Source: Candidatus Eiseniibacteriota bacterium (lineage in GTDB: Bacteria > Eisenbacteria > RBG-16-71-46 > JABDJR01). From it: a stretch of 64,000 nucleotides of DNA. The stretch covers positions 640,001 to 704,000 of the forward strand of contig CAVXKA010000003.1 of the NCBI GenBank assembly GCA_963762255.1, in the 5' to 3' direction. The stretch's first letter is position 1; each line of letters starts with the position of its first letter. Shown in pieces: positions 26,604 through 36,572 of this stretch. The position numbers and the translations under genes are program-made. The notes beneath the pieces are model-generated. The model was not told the origin of the DNA. It made no database searches and saw only the letters and a program-made list of their open reading frames with translations.

Positions 26604-28861
26604 TTCACGGATCCTTTCACCAGGCCCTCCAGTATGAGGGCCGCCTCGCGATCGTTGGGCGTCAACTCCAGGGAGCGTCGGAGCGCGGGCTCGGCGCGAT
26701 CCGGCCAGCCGACACCGTAGGTCAGAATCCCCACGTACTTGAAGAGCGATGCCTCGTCGGGACGCTCAAGGGCCCAGCCACCACATGCCCCGAGCGCAGC
26801 GGAATAGTCCCCTTTCGAGCGCAGCTCGTCCACGAGCGCCTTCCACTCCACTCGGCCTCCCGCGGTGGACGGGCCCGCGACGGTCTTGGCGTATTCCTCG
26901 ACCATGCGGGCGGCTCCCGCATCATCGCCGGCCAGATGCCGAACGCAGGCCATACGCAGAAGCGCGTGGGCGTGGTGCGGCTCGGAGCGGGCGGCCTCGG
27001 AATAGAGCCGCTCCGCCCCTTGCAGATCATGCTGCCTCAGCGCCTCGTTCCCAAGGACGACGAGCACGTCGGGGTGGCCCCGGGCTGAGAGGGTCATGGA
27101 CTCCAGGAGCGGCGCGACACTTCGGTCCGGCTCCCATGCCTGACGCCACCGGGCCACCAAGAGCCGCAGCGTATCGATCCGGGAGAGGCCGGGAAGGACG
27201 GTGCGGACCGCCGGTCGTTCGACTCGCGGCGCGGGCGCCCAAGGCTTGGGATCGTTGACCCGGAACAACAACGCGCGGCGTGAGTGCGACGCGTCCACGG
27301 CCACGCTCACCCGCGCCACCAACTCCAGCCCGCGCGCGGCCGCCCCGGGGTCGGTCATCGCGTACAGACTCTGAAGCCCCGGGAAGGCCCCCACCTCCAT
27401 CCCGGACACGAGGAGATAGTGCCCCCCCGCCTCGCGCAGCTCGTTCACCCCTCCCATAGGTATCGGAATTACAGGAGCTCCGAGGAGATATCCGATGTGA
27501 GGCTTGCGGGCGGCGATAGGAGTGCTCTCTCCGATCCGGAGTCCCGCGCGTCGAGCGCTTTGCGCGAGTTCGAGGAGTTCCGCCGGCGGAGATTCGGGAC
27601 CGGTGCGACGGACCGCGCTGCGGATCGCGCGGACGTTCACCCAGATTGCCGCCGCGAGGAAGAGCCCGACGACCGCCAGGAATACGATGCGCCCCCGGCG
27701 GGTCGGGGCGCGACGACGGGGATTCACGGGGCCCACCGAGGCCTCGGCGCGCAACCCGTCCAGCCCGGCCGCAACCCCGGCCGCCGCCGCCGCCCACCAC
27801 AGAACCAAGGGGAGCATGAATCGCGGGTCATAGAACACGAGGAGCATGCTCAGGTAGACGATCGCCCCGGAGCCTGCGAAGGCAAGCCGCCGGCGCGTGA
27901 GCCACGTTCGCCAACCGAGCAGGAGACCGGCAAGAGCAAGCAACGCCCCCGGGATGCCGACAAGCCGCAGGGCATCGAGCTTGGCGTGAGTGAGCGCGTT
28001 CTGCGCCAGCATGCGAAGGAAGAGAGGGGGATCGCATCGGATCACCTCGCCCATCGAGGCGAAGTCGACCGCGACCATGAAGCGGCCGGTCTGAGCCTTG
28101 GCCGGGGACTCCGTGAACAGGCTCAGGGCCGTGTTCATGTACGCATTGCTCCAGAAGGGATCCCCCATCCTGGCCCGCAGGAACACCAACCAGGGGGCGA
28201 TGAGCAACGCGAACGCGCCGACAAAGAAGAGCGAGGCGTGCGCGACCCGGCGCCACGGACGCAGCGTGAGGGCCGCTACGAGCAGGCCCACCGGCAGGAG
28301 CGCTGCGCCGTTGTAGCGTGTGAGGTACGCCGCCCCTCCCGCCGCTCCCGCCAACGCCCACTCGCGGACGCGTCCCTCCCCTCCACGCAACATCAGGGTC
28401 AAGGCCGACACCGTCAGAAGCAGAAACAGCGTGTCGGTGCCGGCGCGGAAGGCGAGGGGGACGAGGGTCGCGTTACCGGCGACGAACAGCGCGCCGAGGA
28501 GCCCCGCCTTCGGACCCCACAGACGCTCGAACATGCGCCCCACCAGGAGCACACTGGCTCCCGCCGAGAGAACCGAGATGAGCTTGGCGGCGAGGAAGCC
28601 GTTGCGCAGCAGGGTAGAAACCACCCCGAGCACGAGGTAGTAGAACGGCCCCCGGAAGCCGTTCATCACGGTGGCCTCGCCGTGCATCCACCGCATCGCG
28701 TACGGGTAGAAATCCCCGTAGAAGTCGGTCTCGACGCCGTAGTCGCCGATGGGGCGGAAGAACAGGGCCGTCGCGGCCCAGGCCGCGGTGGCCACCAGCG
28801 CCACCGCGGGTATGGGGGTTCCGAGGACCGTCGCCGGGCGGAACCTCGATCGCGCGATCAA
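26600..28861 (-). CDS. GT-C fold (ArnT/PMT-like, family 39) glycosyltransferase with C-terminal TPRs
   Basis: ETDFY, RGPFY, TDTLF, AYLTRYNG, PRFMLP; multiple TM segments; TPRs at the C-terminus. Confidence 0.75.
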   Translation of the reverse strand: MIARSRFRPATVLGTPIPAVALVATAAWAATALFFRPIGDYGVETDFYGDFYPYAMRWMHGEATVMNGFRGPFYYLVLGVVSTLLRNGFLAAKLISVLSAGASVLLVGRMFERLWGPKAGLLGALFVAGNATLVPLAFRAGTDTLFLLLTVSALTLMLRGGEGRVREWALAGAAGGAAYLTRYNGAALLPVGLLVAALTLRPWRRVAHASLFFVGAFALLIAPWLVFLRARMGDPFWSNAYMNTALSLFTESPAKAQTGRFMVAVDFASMGEVIRCDPPLFLRMLAQNALTHAKLDALRLVGIPGALLALAGLLLGWRTWLTRRRLAFAGSGAIVYLSMLLVFYDPRFMLPLVLWWAAAAAGVAAGLDGLRAEASVGPVNPRRRAPTRRGRIVFLAVVGLFLAAAIWVNVRAIRSAVRRTGPESPPAELLELAQSARRAGLRIGESTPIAARKPHIGYLLGAPVIPIPMGGVNELREAGGHYLLVSGMEVGAFPGLQSLYAMTDPGAAARGLELVARVSVAVDASHSRRALLFRVNDPKPWAPAPRVERPAVRTVLPGLSRIDTLRLLVARWRQAWEPDRSVAPLLESMTLSARGHPDVLVVLGNEALRQHDLQGAERLYSEAARSEPHHAHALLRMACVRHLAGDDAGAARMVEEYAKTVAGPSTAGGRVEWKALVDELRSKGDYSAALGACGGWALERPDEASLFKYVGILTYGVGWPDRAEPALRRSLELTPNDREAALILEGLVKGSVK

Positions 28862-28870
28862 TGGTGCGCC

Positions 28871-30430
28871 CTAGTCCCCGAACTTGAGTCCCTGGGCCAG
28901 GGGAAGATCGGTGCTCCAGTTGACCGTGTTGGTCTGCCGGCGCATGTAGACCTTCCAGGAATCGGAGCCCGACTCGCGACCGCCGCCGGTGTCCTTCTCG
29001 CCGCCGAACGCGCCGCCGATCTCGGCGCCGCTCGTGCCGATGTTCACGTTGGCAATGCCGCAGTCGCTGCCGCGATGCGAGAGGAACGTCTCCGCCTCCC
29101 GCACGTTCTCGGTGAAGATGGCCGAGGAGAGCCCCTGCGGAACGCCGTTCTGCAGCGCGATAGCCTCGGCGATCTCGTCCACCGCTTGCTTCGCGGAGGC
29201 GCCCTTCGTCCCGTAGCTGAGGATGTAGAGGATCGGCGCGAAGGTCTCCTCCTGCACGATCGTGTATTCGTTTCTGGCGGCGGCGATGCAGGGCTTCACG
29301 TAGTGGCCGCCGGGATACGAGGGACCCGAAAGCGGCTCTCCGCCGCAGAGAATCTCGCCCCCTTCTTCCTGCACGCGCTCCACCGCGCTCTGAAGGTCCT
29401 TCACCGCGCCGAGGGTGACGAGCGGGCCCATCATCGTCTCCGCCTTGCGCGGATCGCCGATGCGGATCCCCTCGTAGGCCTTGACGAGCCGCTTCACCAG
29501 GTCGTCGCGCACCGAGGCGTGCGCGATGATCCGCCGCGTGGAGGTGCAGCGCTGGCCGGCGGTGCCGACCGAGCCGAAGAGGATCGCCCGCAGCGCCAGA
29601 TCCATGTTGGCGCTCGGGGTGACGATGATCGCGTTGTTGCCGCCCAATTCGAGGATGGTGCGCCCGAAGCGCTTGCCCACAACCTCGGCCACCCGCGCGC
29701 CGACCGAGCAACTGCCGGTGCAGGACACCAGCGGGAGACGGCGGTCGTGGAGGAGGCGGTCGCCGATGGTGGATCCCTTGCCGATCACGAGCGAGAAGAT
29801 CGCGGGGTCGACGCCGTTCTCACGGCACACCGACTCCGCGATGCGGGTCACCGCGATCGCGGTCAGCGGGGTGCGGCTCGCCGGTTTCCACAGCGTGCTG
29901 TCGCCGCACACCGCGGCCAGCGCGGCGTTCCAGCTCCACACGGCCACCGGGAAATTGAACGCGCTGATCACGGCGACCACGCCGAGCGGGTGCCACTGCT
30001 CGAACATGCGGTGATCGGGACGCTCGGACTGCATGGTGAGCCCGTAGAGCTGGCGCGAGAGGCCGGTGGCGAAGTCGCAGATGTCGATCATCTCCTGGAC
30101 TTCGCCCTGGCCCTCGGCGGCGACCTTCCCCATCTCCACGGTGACGAGATGGCCCAGCGGCTCCTTGAGTTCGCGCAGCTTGTGTCCGAGCTGGCGGACG
30201 ACCTCGCCGCGCTTGGGTCCGGGAACCTTGCGCCACTCCAGGAAGGCCTGGTGCGCGCGGTCCACGATCCGGTCGTACTCCGCCTCGGTGATCTGCTTGA
30301 CCACGCCGATGCGGGAGCCGTCGATCGGGGTGATCACCTCGAGTTCGGGCCCCGAGCCGATCCACGTGCCGTCGAACCCGCCGGGGTTCACATCCCCGAT
30401 GCCCAAAGTCTTCAAGAAGTCGCTCGTCAC
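28871..30430 (-). CDS. Aldehyde dehydrogenase family 7 (alpha-aminoadipate semialdehyde/P6C dehydrogenase-like)
   Basis: GEVQEMIDICDFATGLSRQLYG, ISAFNFPVAVW, LELGGNNA, GTAGQRCT, SGAEIGGAFGGEK.TGGGRESGSDSWK. Confidence 0.93.
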   Translation of the reverse strand: MTSDFLKTLGIGDVNPGGFDGTWIGSGPELEVITPIDGSRIGVVKQITEAEYDRIVDRAHQAFLEWRKVPGPKRGEVVRQLGHKLRELKEPLGHLVTVEMGKVAAEGQGEVQEMIDICDFATGLSRQLYGLTMQSERPDHRMFEQWHPLGVVAVISAFNFPVAVWSWNAALAAVCGDSTLWKPASRTPLTAIAVTRIAESVCRENGVDPAIFSLVIGKGSTIGDRLLHDRRLPLVSCTGSCSVGARVAEVVGKRFGRTILELGGNNAIIVTPSANMDLALRAILFGSVGTAGQRCTSTRRIIAHASVRDDLVKRLVKAYEGIRIGDPRKAETMMGPLVTLGAVKDLQSAVERVQEEGGEILCGGEPLSGPSYPGGHYVKPCIAAARNEYTIVQEETFAPILYILSYGTKGASAKQAVDEIAEAIALQNGVPQGLSSAIFTENVREAETFLSHRGSDCGIANVNIGTSGAEIGGAFGGEKDTGGGRESGSDSWKVYMRRQTNTVNWSTDLPLAQGLKFGD

Positions 30431-30431
30431 G

Positions 30432-31205
30432 TTACTCCCCCTCCTCCGTCGTCTCCATCGGCGCATCGATCTTGAGCCCCTTGCCCGAGAAGACGATGAC
30501 CGGCTCGCCCATCGAAGCGCCCGAGGACATCATGTTTTCCGCGTTGATCTCCCAGATCAACGTCCGGCCCTCCAGCTTGGGCGCGTTGTGCTGGATCACG
30601 TCGCCGGGCACGGTGATCCGCATCGTGACGTCCAGCTCCGAGGCGCTCGCCATGAGCCTGCCCATGAGTTCCATCATCTTCCCCGCCTTCGCGGTGTCCA
30701 ACTCGGAAGCGTCCTCTTCCTGGGCTTCGGGCTCTTCCGGAGGCTCTTCCGCTTCAATCGCCGCGACCTTGACGCTGCGCAGCACGTAGTTGCCGTCGGC
30801 GCGCTTGAAGATCCCGAACGAACCCTCGTTCTTTCCCTTCATGCCGTCGCGCATGGCCTTGTTGAGCCCTTCCAGGCTCTTGAAGTCCAGCGCAATGTCC
30901 ATCTTCTTGCCGCCGTCGGGCGACGATTCATCGAACTTCTTGACCTTGACTCCGTTGGCGCTGCACGCCTTTTCGAACTCCTCGCGGTCGATGTCGGTGG
31001 GCATGAAACTCATGTCATCGTCCGACCCATTTTCCCCGTTGAGTTCGGACAGTTCAGCCATGGTCTTGGCGACCTCGGCCGACATGCTGTAGGTCATGCT
31101 GAGGGTGCCGGAACCGTCGTCGGCGAGCGTGGTGTCGAACTTGGCCTGCAGACAGCCGCTGAAAACCAGAGCAAGTGCGATCATGGGGGCGAAAAAGCGT
31201 TTCAT
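30432..31205 (-). CDS. Lipoprotein, LppM/DUF3153-like
   Basis: Lipobox FSGC; DDGSGT; ITVPGDVIQHNA..EGRTLIW. Confidence 0.7.
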   Translation of the reverse strand: MKRFFAPMIALALVFSGCLQAKFDTTLADDGSGTLSMTYSMSAEVAKTMAELSELNGENGSDDDMSFMPTDIDREEFEKACSANGVKVKKFDESSPDGGKKMDIALDFKSLEGLNKAMRDGMKGKNEGSFGIFKRADGNYVLRSVKVAAIEAEEPPEEPEAQEEDASELDTAKAGKMMELMGRLMASASELDVTMRITVPGDVIQHNAPKLEGRTLIWEINAENMMSSGASMGEPVIVFSGKGLKIDAPMETTEEGE

Positions 31206-31389
31206 GGGTACCTCCTGGATGCGCGAGGGTAGCAGGACCGGCGCGCAGTGGAAAGCCGGCGCGGGGGGGCGGCCGCGCGGCGACAGGGCGGCCGGATCTG
31301 GAAGTGCACCCCCGGGCGGCGTAGGATGCGGGGCGGACCTTCGCTCCGATCGGGGGTCGGGGCGGATTCGGTTCGCGGGGAGGGGAACG

Positions 31390-33402
31390 ATGCGTATCCC
31401 GGGTCGCGCGGCGCAGTGGGTCGGTCTTGTACTCTTGGCGCTCACGGCGTCGGCGCCCGCCGCCGCCCAGGAGTCGGGGTCCACCTGCCCCGACTTCCGG
31501 CTCCCCTGGCTCGACGGCGAGGGCGATGCGCGCGCCTCCGATCTCTTCGCGGGACAGACCCTCACCGCGCTGGTGATCTGGAACCGAGGCTGCCCTCACT
31601 GCACGGAGGTCGCGCTGGCGATCGACGATCTCGTGGAGTGGCTCCGGCCCTACCCGGTGCGCGCGGTCCCCATCCTCTTCGGCCCCGACGATCCGGCCAC
31701 CCTGCGCGCGCTACTCTTCGATCATGGGGTGGCGGCGCGTCATCTCTGGGACGCGAACGGCGCGGAGGCCGCGGCACTGGGCCTCGGCGACGATCACCTG
31801 CGCGTCCTGATCGCCGACTCCACCGGCCTCATCCACGAGACGATGGACAGTTCGATGCGCGAGCTGGTCGATGCGGTGGGACCGGAGGTGATCGAGACCC
31901 TGGATCGACTCGCGCGTGAGCCGAGGCGGGCCGTCGTGCCGGCGATACCTGCGCCGCCCTCGGCGACGCCGACGCCGGCGATTTCAGCGCCGCGCGATCT
32001 TTCGTGGCGCATCGACGCCCGCGCGCGGATGCAGCAGACGGAAGGCGCCCGCCGAGGCGACACCGGTCTCTACGGCGAGCCGTGGGAGAACGGCACGCTC
32101 TTCCTCTACCGCTCGGACCTGCGTCTGCGATGGCAAGCGGCACCGGGGATCGAGGTCGTGCCGTGGCTGCGTGCGAGCAACGAGGATGAGTCGGCCCTCA
32201 CTGAAGGTCCCGAGCAGTTCGCGAGCCGGCACGGGACGCTTAGCGTGAACGCGCGCGCGGGCGCGTTCTCCGGCACCCTGGGCGCGTTTCCGCTGCGCGT
32301 GTCGCCGTTCGTCTTGCAGCGCTGGGATGCCGAGGACTCGCCGCCCTTGGGCGGGGCTTCCGGATGCGCGGTATGCGGAGCCGGCGTCTCGGGAATCAGC
32401 CAGAAGAGCCTCGAAGTGCTCGCGCCGGACTACACGTTCGAGGGAGTCTCGGCGAGCGCCGTCCATCCGCGCGCGCGGCTGACGGTATGGGGCGCGATCC
32501 CGCGATGGGAGAAGCTCGTGCGGGAGGACGCGCCGGCGGAGGAGATCGCGGAGGCGCGCTACCGGCGCACGCTTTCCGGGGCCATGGTCGATATGGGGCG
32601 GATCGGCGATGCGGGCGGACCGCTCGGGTTGCCGTCGCCGCTGGGTCTGCGCATCGCCTACGTCTCGATCCAGGACGACCGGCGCAGCGTGCCGTCGGGA
32701 TACGTGCAGCCTTGGGGCGAGCCGAGCGAGCACGCATGGACCTTTCTTGGCCAGATCGGACCGTGGCGCGGCCTCACCGCCGACGCCGAACAGGCTTACG
32801 TGAGCAACGAGGAGGACGACCGGGCTTCCTTCTTTGACGGCGGTCTCTACTTCCCTGACGACGCCCCCGACGCGTGGGCCGTGCGCGCGGGGGTGCGCGG
32901 CGCGTGGACGCTCGACCGATGGGCGCTGGCCGGGCGCGTCCATCGCATCCGCACCGAACCCGAGTTCGCGCCGCTCTATCGCGCGCTCACCTACGAAGCC
33001 AACCAGAACGGCTGGCGGTTCGCAGGAAGCGTGGAGTGGTTGAGCCCTGCGCCGCGTCGCGACGGGCTCGCCACCCTGAGCGCTTTCGTCCGTTCGATGG
33101 AAGAGACCGAGGCGACGCTGTCTGAGTACGGCCCCGCGCGCGAGACCATGACCAGCGTCACCGTGACCGCGCAACCCCGGCGATACGTGCAGGCGGGGGC
33201 GCACTGGGTGCGCACGCACACCGAGGACCCGCACCCCGCGCTTGCGGACCGAACCACCACCGGCTATTCGTTCGACCTGGGGTGGGCGGGCTCTCCCGGC
33301 GTGGACCCGCTCCTGCGCCTCGACATAGTGCGCCCCGACCCCGGCAGCGGAGACGAGCGGACACTCTGGCAGGTATACCTGATGGTGCGCGTGGTGCGCT
33401 AG
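31390..33402 (+). CDS. Thioredoxin-like (AhpC/TSA/TlpA) domain fused to a putative outer-membrane beta-barrel
   Basis: Signal peptide; PDFRLPWLDG, WNRGCPHC; Pro-rich linker; amphipathic beta-strands ending WQVYLMVRVVR; second CxxC (CAVC). Confidence 0.65.
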   Translation: MRIPGRAAQWVGLVLLALTASAPAAAQESGSTCPDFRLPWLDGEGDARASDLFAGQTLTALVIWNRGCPHCTEVALAIDDLVEWLRPYPVRAVPILFGPDDPATLRALLFDHGVAARHLWDANGAEAAALGLGDDHLRVLIADSTGLIHETMDSSMRELVDAVGPEVIETLDRLAREPRRAVVPAIPAPPSATPTPAISAPRDLSWRIDARARMQQTEGARRGDTGLYGEPWENGTLFLYRSDLRLRWQAAPGIEVVPWLRASNEDESALTEGPEQFASRHGTLSVNARAGAFSGTLGAFPLRVSPFVLQRWDAEDSPPLGGASGCAVCGAGVSGISQKSLEVLAPDYTFEGVSASAVHPRARLTVWGAIPRWEKLVREDAPAEEIAEARYRRTLSGAMVDMGRIGDAGGPLGLPSPLGLRIAYVSIQDDRRSVPSGYVQPWGEPSEHAWTFLGQIGPWRGLTADAEQAYVSNEEDDRASFFDGGLYFPDDAPDAWAVRAGVRGAWTLDRWALAGRVHRIRTEPEFAPLYRALTYEANQNGWRFAGSVEWLSPAPRRDGLATLSAFVRSMEETEATLSEYGPARETMTSVTVTAQPRRYVQAGAHWVRTHTEDPHPALADRTTTGYSFDLGWAGSPGVDPLLRLDIVRPDPGSGDERTLWQVYLMVRVVR

Positions 33403-35861
33403 GTCACTGCCGTCGGAACGCGCCACCGGATCATTGCGACCTTCACGGCGTCGTTCACCACGAGACACGAAACCGCCGCGAAGGCGATCACCCCCAGCGT
33501 CTGCCGCCCGGGCAACGGTGGGAGTCCCGGCAAGCCCACGAACGTCAGGACCGTGCCTGCGAGCGCGCCCGTGACAAGCGCCACGATAAAGGACGTGCTC
33601 GGCATCGTCGTCCAGAACCAGCGTCGTTCTCTCACGGATACGATGGAGAACACGGAGAAGTAGAGCAGCGTCAGGAAGCTGAACGTGCAGAGTGCGTCGC
33701 TGTTCGCGGCCAAGCCGAAGCGGGTCCAGCCGATCCACAAGAACAGCAGCGATTCCCCTACCATCACCACACCGAGGGTCACGGAGACCGCGATGAAGCC
33801 GCCGATGGCCCAGGTCTCCGGCTTCTTGGACGGCCGCCCCCGGTCGGTAGCCAGAGCGATCGTCGCGAAGTCCATCACGAAGACAAGCAAGAGCATCGCA
33901 AAGGCGGAGACGACGAACTTGCCGGTCACCACGAAGGCGATGGCCACGAACGCCGCCTTCAAGATGGTCCGACTGATCTTGTTGATGATCCAGGTCAGAA
34001 TGCGTTGGTAGATCGTCCGCCCCTGTCCGACCAGCGCGACGATGTTGGTCAGGCCCGGTTCGGTCAGAACGACGCTCGCGGCGCCCTTGGCTACGTCGGT
34101 CGCGGTGCTGACGGCGATGCCAACTTCGGCCTGGCGCAGCGCGGGCGCGTCGTTGACTCCGTCGCCCGTCATGCCGGTCACGTGCCCCGCGGCTTGCAGG
34201 TGCTCCACGACGAGGTACTTGTCCTCCGGGTACACCTCGGCGAAACCGTCCGCACCCGCCAGGAGGTCCATCGCCTCGTTGCCGGCCTTGGCACCGACCG
34301 CCTTCAGGTCCGCGACTCGCCGAATGTTGGGCAAACCGACACCTTGGCCGATATCGAGCGCTACCGGCAATGCATCGCCGGTGAGCATCTTCACCGGAAC
34401 ACCCAAGGCCCGAAGGTCGGCGATGAGTTGCTTCGCCTCCGGCCGGGGCGGATCATCCAGCGTCACCAAACCCAGGAGCGCAGGGGCACCCGTCTCGGGG
34501 CCGCGCGCCACCGCCAGCGTGCGGTACCCCTTCAGCGCCGACTCGGTCGCGCGCGCTTCCAACGCGTCGATCGCCGGGGGCGGAAGCCCGCAGGCCTGCG
34601 CGACGGCCCGCACGGCCCCTTTCATCACCCTCGACCGTCGTCCGTTCTCTTCAATCACGGCTTCGGTCCGCCGGGTCTGCGCGTCGAAGGGCACGAAGGA
34701 GATCGGCGCGGCCGCGGGGCCGCCGTCGAGGACGTGCCGCGATTTTGCCGCGGCGAGAAAGGCCAAGTCGATCGGGTCCTGGTTGGCCTCTTGGGACGCG
34801 AGCGCGCCGGCGAGGAGCACGTCGGTCTCGGTTGCGTGCTCCAGCGGGATCACATCGATGACGGAGAGCCGGTTCATCGTGATCGTGCCCGTCTTGTCCA
34901 CGCAGAGCACGTCCATCGTCGCGGCGTCCTCGGCGGCGCTGAGGCGTGTAACCAGAACGCCGCGCTTCGCCAGCTCCTTCGATCCGACGGCCATGCTGAC
35001 CGTGAACATGACCGGGAGGGCGACCGGCACGGCGCTCATCAGCAAGACGAGCACGAGCGGGACCAGCTCCAGAAGGGGCGCACCGCGGACCAGCGAAAGC
35101 ACGAGCACCACCGCCAGCAACGCGCTGACGATGACGAAGAGCCAGCGGACGACTTGGGTCACCACCGCCTCGATGTGAAGTTTCGGACGGGCCACTTCCA
35201 CGAGCTCCGTGGTGCGCCCAAAGTAGGTCTTCGCCCCGGTGAGGATCACCACGGCGTTGCCTTCTCCCCGGCGGACCACGGATCCCGCCGAGAGCACGTC
35301 GCCGGGGACCTTGCGGGCATCCTTCGACTCGCCGGTGAGGGCCGACTGGTCGATGCTTAGCGCTCCGGTGAGGAGCTTCACGTCCGCAGGGATGATGTCT
35401 CCGGGACGGAGCCGGACGACGTCGCCGGGAACCAGCTCCCGGGCGGGGACGACCCGCCAGCTCGCTTCACGCAGGACCCGGGCGCTGATCTGCAGCCGCC
35501 GCCGCAGGGTTTCGACGACACCGGCGGCCCGCCGTTCCTGCATGAAACCCAAAACCGCGTTGACGACCAGCAGCAGGCTCACCACGGCAAGGTCTGAATA
35601 CTTCCTGAGGATGGCCGACAGGATCATGATCAGTTCGAGCGTCCACGCCGATAGGCCCCAGAATTTGCGCAGGAGCTGAAGGACCGGGTGCCCCTTTCGC
35701 ACGGCGACTTCGTTGTAGCCGTGCTCGCTGCGTCGGGCGTTGACCTCGTCCTGCGTGAGGCCGGTCTCGGGGTTCACACGAAGCGCGGCGAGCGTTTCGG
35801 AGACCGTGGCGGATGCCAGGTCGGGCGCCTCAGCTCGTGGGGGCATCAAGCGCGGACTCAT
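33399..35861 (-). CDS. Plasma-membrane proton-efflux P-type ATPase (type IIIA)
   Basis: GLTQDEV..R....GYNE, DQSALTGES, PVALP, DKTGT, QDPID, KGA, DPPR, MLTGD, TGDGVNDAPAL; short cytoplasmic domains. Confidence 0.9.
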   Translation of the reverse strand: MSPRLMPPRAEAPDLASATVSETLAALRVNPETGLTQDEVNARRSEHGYNEVAVRKGHPVLQLLRKFWGLSAWTLELIMILSAILRKYSDLAVVSLLLVVNAVLGFMQERRAAGVVETLRRRLQISARVLREASWRVVPARELVPGDVVRLRPGDIIPADVKLLTGALSIDQSALTGESKDARKVPGDVLSAGSVVRRGEGNAVVILTGAKTYFGRTTELVEVARPKLHIEAVVTQVVRWLFVIVSALLAVVLVLSLVRGAPLLELVPLVLVLLMSAVPVALPVMFTVSMAVGSKELAKRGVLVTRLSAAEDAATMDVLCVDKTGTITMNRLSVIDVIPLEHATETDVLLAGALASQEANQDPIDLAFLAAAKSRHVLDGGPAAAPISFVPFDAQTRRTEAVIEENGRRSRVMKGAVRAVAQACGLPPPAIDALEARATESALKGYRTLAVARGPETGAPALLGLVTLDDPPRPEAKQLIADLRALGVPVKMLTGDALPVALDIGQGVGLPNIRRVADLKAVGAKAGNEAMDLLAGADGFAEVYPEDKYLVVEHLQAAGHVTGMTGDGVNDAPALRQAEVGIAVSTATDVAKGAASVVLTEPGLTNIVALVGQGRTIYQRILTWIINKISRTILKAAFVAIAFVVTGKFVVSAFAMLLLVFVMDFATIALATDRGRPSKKPETWAIGGFIAVSVTLGVVMVGESLLFLWIGWTRFGLAANSDALCTFSFLTLLYFSVFSIVSVRERRWFWTTMPSTSFIVALVTGALAGTVLTFVGLPGLPPLPGRQTLGVIAFAAVSCLVVNDAVKVAMIRWRVPTAVT

Positions 35862-36505
35862 GCACCTCCGGTACTCGGCGCGGCCTTGCGGTGGCGAAGA
35901 TACTCGACGATCACCGGCAGCAACGACACCAGGACGATCGCCACGATGACGACGTGGAAGTTCCGCTTCACCGCCGGGATGTTTCCGAAGAAGTAGCCGC
36001 CCAGCACGAAGGTGGAAATCCAGATCACCCCACCCAGCACGTCGAAGAACAGGAAGCGGCGATAGGACATCCGCCCCACCCCGGCCACAAAGGGGGTGAA
36101 GGTGCGCACGATGGGCACGAAGCGGGCGAGGATGATCGCCTCGTGGCCGTATTTCTCAAAGAACCGATGCGTGCGGTCGAGATGATTGCGATTGAGCCAC
36201 CGCCGCTCCCCCACGAAGATGCGGGGCCCCAGCCGGCGACCGATCCAGTAGTTCATGTTGTCGCCGCCGATGGCGGCCACGAGCAGGAGCGGGTAGAGGA
36301 TGTGCAGCTTGAAGGAGCCCATCCCCGCCATCGCGCCGGCGGCGAAGAGAAGCGAATCGCCGGGCAAGAACGGCGTGACCACCAACCCGGTCTCGCAGAA
36401 GATGACCATGAACAGGAGCCCGTAGGTCCACGGCCCGTACTGCGCGATGATCGCGGCAAGGTGCTTGTCGAGGTGCAGGACGAAGTCGATGAGAGTGTTC
36501 AGCAT
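35858..36505 (-). CDS. dedA: DedA family membrane protein
   Basis: FCETGLVVTPFLPGDSLLFAAG, GDNMNYWIG, ARFVPIVRTF.PFVAG. Confidence 0.93.
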   Translation of the reverse strand: MLNTLIDFVLHLDKHLAAIIAQYGPWTYGLLFMVIFCETGLVVTPFLPGDSLLFAAGAMAGMGSFKLHILYPLLLVAAIGGDNMNYWIGRRLGPRIFVGERRWLNRNHLDRTHRFFEKYGHEAIILARFVPIVRTFTPFVAGVGRMSYRRFLFFDVLGGVIWISTFVLGGYFFGNIPAVKRNFHVVIVAIVLVSLLPVIVEYLRHRKAAPSTGGA

Positions 36506-36572
36506 AGGATCCGGCGGGTAAGGGTTAGGTGGGTCACGAGTCGGGGGAGTCTACAGGAGCGGGACGGCGCGC

